Below are positions 62,201 to 64,000 of a stretch of 64,000 nucleotides of DNA, one piece after another. Source of the stretch: Patellaria atrata CBS 101060 (taxonomy: Eukaryota); NCBI GenBank assembly GCA_010093705.1, contig MU006101.1:186001-250000 (forward strand), given 5' to 3'. Under the pieces are notes generated by a model. It did no database searches and was not told the DNA's origin. It was given only the letters and a program-made list of their open reading frames with translations. Positions within the stretch are counted from its first letter, which is position 1; the number at the start of each line of letters is the position of its first letter. The translations under genes and the position numbers were made by a program.

Positions 62201-63928
62201 TTTAGCGAAGAAGCGGCCGAAGCTCCAGTAGAGTGAGTATTCAAGCCTTGACCGAAACTTGAACTGGGAACGAAGGGTTTGAACGCACTGCTTCCTTTGA
62301 GTGGGGAAGATTGGAACCCCTGTGGCGACGTAGGAGAGGTAGCTTTGCTTCCAAAGGGGTCGAGATCAAGTTGCCTATTATACGTTGCAGAGCCACCTGT
62401 TGATTGTGGTTGCTGTTGAGGAGGAGGATTAGAAAAAGCATCAAGACCGAATAAATCTTCAGATGCAGACTTTGGAAGGTTCGAGGAGTATGCAGCGTTA
62501 TCAAATGCAGGAGCGGTGGGTTGAGGTGGTGGTCTTATTTGGTTCCGCATACTGGGTGGTACTAAATTCGGAGGTAGAGATGCTGGGAGGTTGGCACCAT
62601 TCTTACCTCTTTGCTGTCGAATCAAATACATAGCAACAGCAAATTCATCTCTGCTTAGCTGTCCTTCAGAATTGATATCTGCCAAGTCCCAGATAGATGC
62701 GAGGATATCCTCTGGTAGACCGGAGTCACTGAAAAACGAAACTGCCTGTTCTCCAGTTATATAGCCCCTGCCTTCTGTATCTACCTTATTGAACAAATTG
62801 TCATATTGGTTCTTCTCGTTTGGAGTGATTAACCAATCATTACCAGTAGGTGCTGCAGACTGAGGAGGAGTCCCATATGGTGGCCGGGCAAGAGGGCTTT
62901 GAGTACGTTGGGCGAGTGATCCACTGAATTGCCTTGGTATTGCACTGGATGGTGGGCCAGACCTACCAGGAGGTGGTTGTATCCTGCGGGAAGCCGCTTC
63001 GTATAAACCAACAGGAAGGTTTACGGGTAGGGATTGCATTACTCTGCTCTTGTAAGATGCGAGCAAGTGCATAGCTATTATGAATTCGGTCACCCCGAGA
63101 GCTCCTCGCTGTTCAGTATCCGCAAGATTCCATATCCGTCCAAGGACATCATTGGGAAGGCCAGCTTTTTCAAAGATAGATTTTGCCGTTTCGCCTACTC
63201 AGCAATTAGCTTTGTTGCCACACTAGCTTAAGAGCGTAGTAAACAATACCAGGTAAGAGCCCATTGTGAGCCCCAGATTTCTCGAAAAGGGCAGCATATT
63301 CTGTCGCCTTATCTGGTGTTAGCGGAGGAACGCGGATTGGCCCACTGTTCTGTGGACGGATTGTGGAAGGAGGAGGTCCCTGGGGAGGCGCGGAAGAGCC
63401 GCCGAGGTTCAAGCCCTCGAATTTAGGAAGTGGACCAGCTGTACACCAAATTAATGACTGTCCTGATATTGCGGGAAGCTTGAATAGCGCATACGTTGGA
63501 AGGCTAGCTCTGGTGTAGGATCCCTGCCGGCCTGATAATGTCCGATTAATCGAAGGACTTGACAAAAACCTGCAGAAGTCAGGAGTCCTCGGTTCTCTGT
63601 GTCGGCAATTTGCCATATCTACCAAGCGCATGACGTGTCAACAGTATATCACAGACGTCTCCAATGGTTGTACCTACCTCGCCTAGAACAGCTGGAGCTA
63701 GCTTGGTTCTCTCGAAGAACTTTACTGCCACCTCTCCTGTAACGACACCAATCTTCTCCGTATCCGCTTGGGCAAAGAGGGCTCCAAAGACACGTTTTTC
63801 TTCTGGGGTGAGGTTCAAGATCGAGTGTTGACCTGCGAGGTCCGTTAGATCGGATCAAAGTTCAATAAACAGTGTATAGAAGGGAGTTACTTACTCAGGT
63901 CCACACTCGAAGAAGCTGTATCAGACAT
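59205..63928 (-). CDS. EDE1: Ede1/Eps15-like endocytic scaffold (3 EH domains, coiled coil, C-terminal UBA); 6 exons
   Basis: EH repeats (IWQIADTENRG, IWNLADTEQRG, IWDLADINSEG..FAVAMYLI), coiled coil, NPF/DPF motifs, and UBA DDPILKKLTAMGYPRQDALSALEKFDYDINK spliced to AADFLTSVK-stop. Confidence 0.93.
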
Positions 63929-64000
63929 ATTGTGAGATTTGGATGTGACTCAACCATGCGATGGATTTGTGAGAGCTCTGTGAAGAAAGCTGGTATAGCG

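Noticed and set aside
59412..63011. Many overlapping and antisense ORFs within Ede1 (also within the ABC and eIF2D genes)
   Set aside because: They are shadow ORFs of long coding sequences.
1..64000. CRISPR arrays, rRNA or snRNA genes
   Set aside because: No repeat-spacer array and no rRNA or snRNA signature was seen, and the DNA is eukaryotic.

Overview
Eukaryotic genomic DNA from a filamentous ascomycete (Pezizomycotina; inferred from the gene set and the short GT-AG introns with CTAAC/CTGAC-type branch sites). It has one 100-N assembly gap. Conserved genes recognised by translating and splicing by eye: pyruvate kinase (3' part), a PTH11-type membrane protein, an ABCC/YBT1-like ABC transporter, Pil1/Lsp1 eisosome protein, intron-containing tRNA-Val(TAC), Hook dynein adaptor, tubulin cofactor B, a Myb factor, a DCAF4/WDR21-like WD40 protein, complex I 75/78-kDa subunit, a secreted S41 peptidase, Rcf2, eIF2D and Ede1. 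Orphans and two decaying genes (HET-domain, F-box-like) lie between them. The most interesting observations are: (1) a 473-nt Hook intron that is a coding-like open frame giving an alternative 152-aa C-terminus; (2) a 100-aa orphan carrying both calcineurin docking motifs (PxIxIT and LxVP); (3) a Myb gene with no AUG for its N-terminal 181 codons and a likely GUG start; (4) an orphan with a K-Ras4B-like polybasic-CaaX tail, a perfect hairpin before its AUG and a cluster of 5' splice-site motifs after its stop; (5) two very long, structured or near-open introns in tubulin cofactor B; (6) an over-represented intergenic TACAGTA motif and frequent AAG acceptors. No database searches were run, and exon boundaries are manual predictions.
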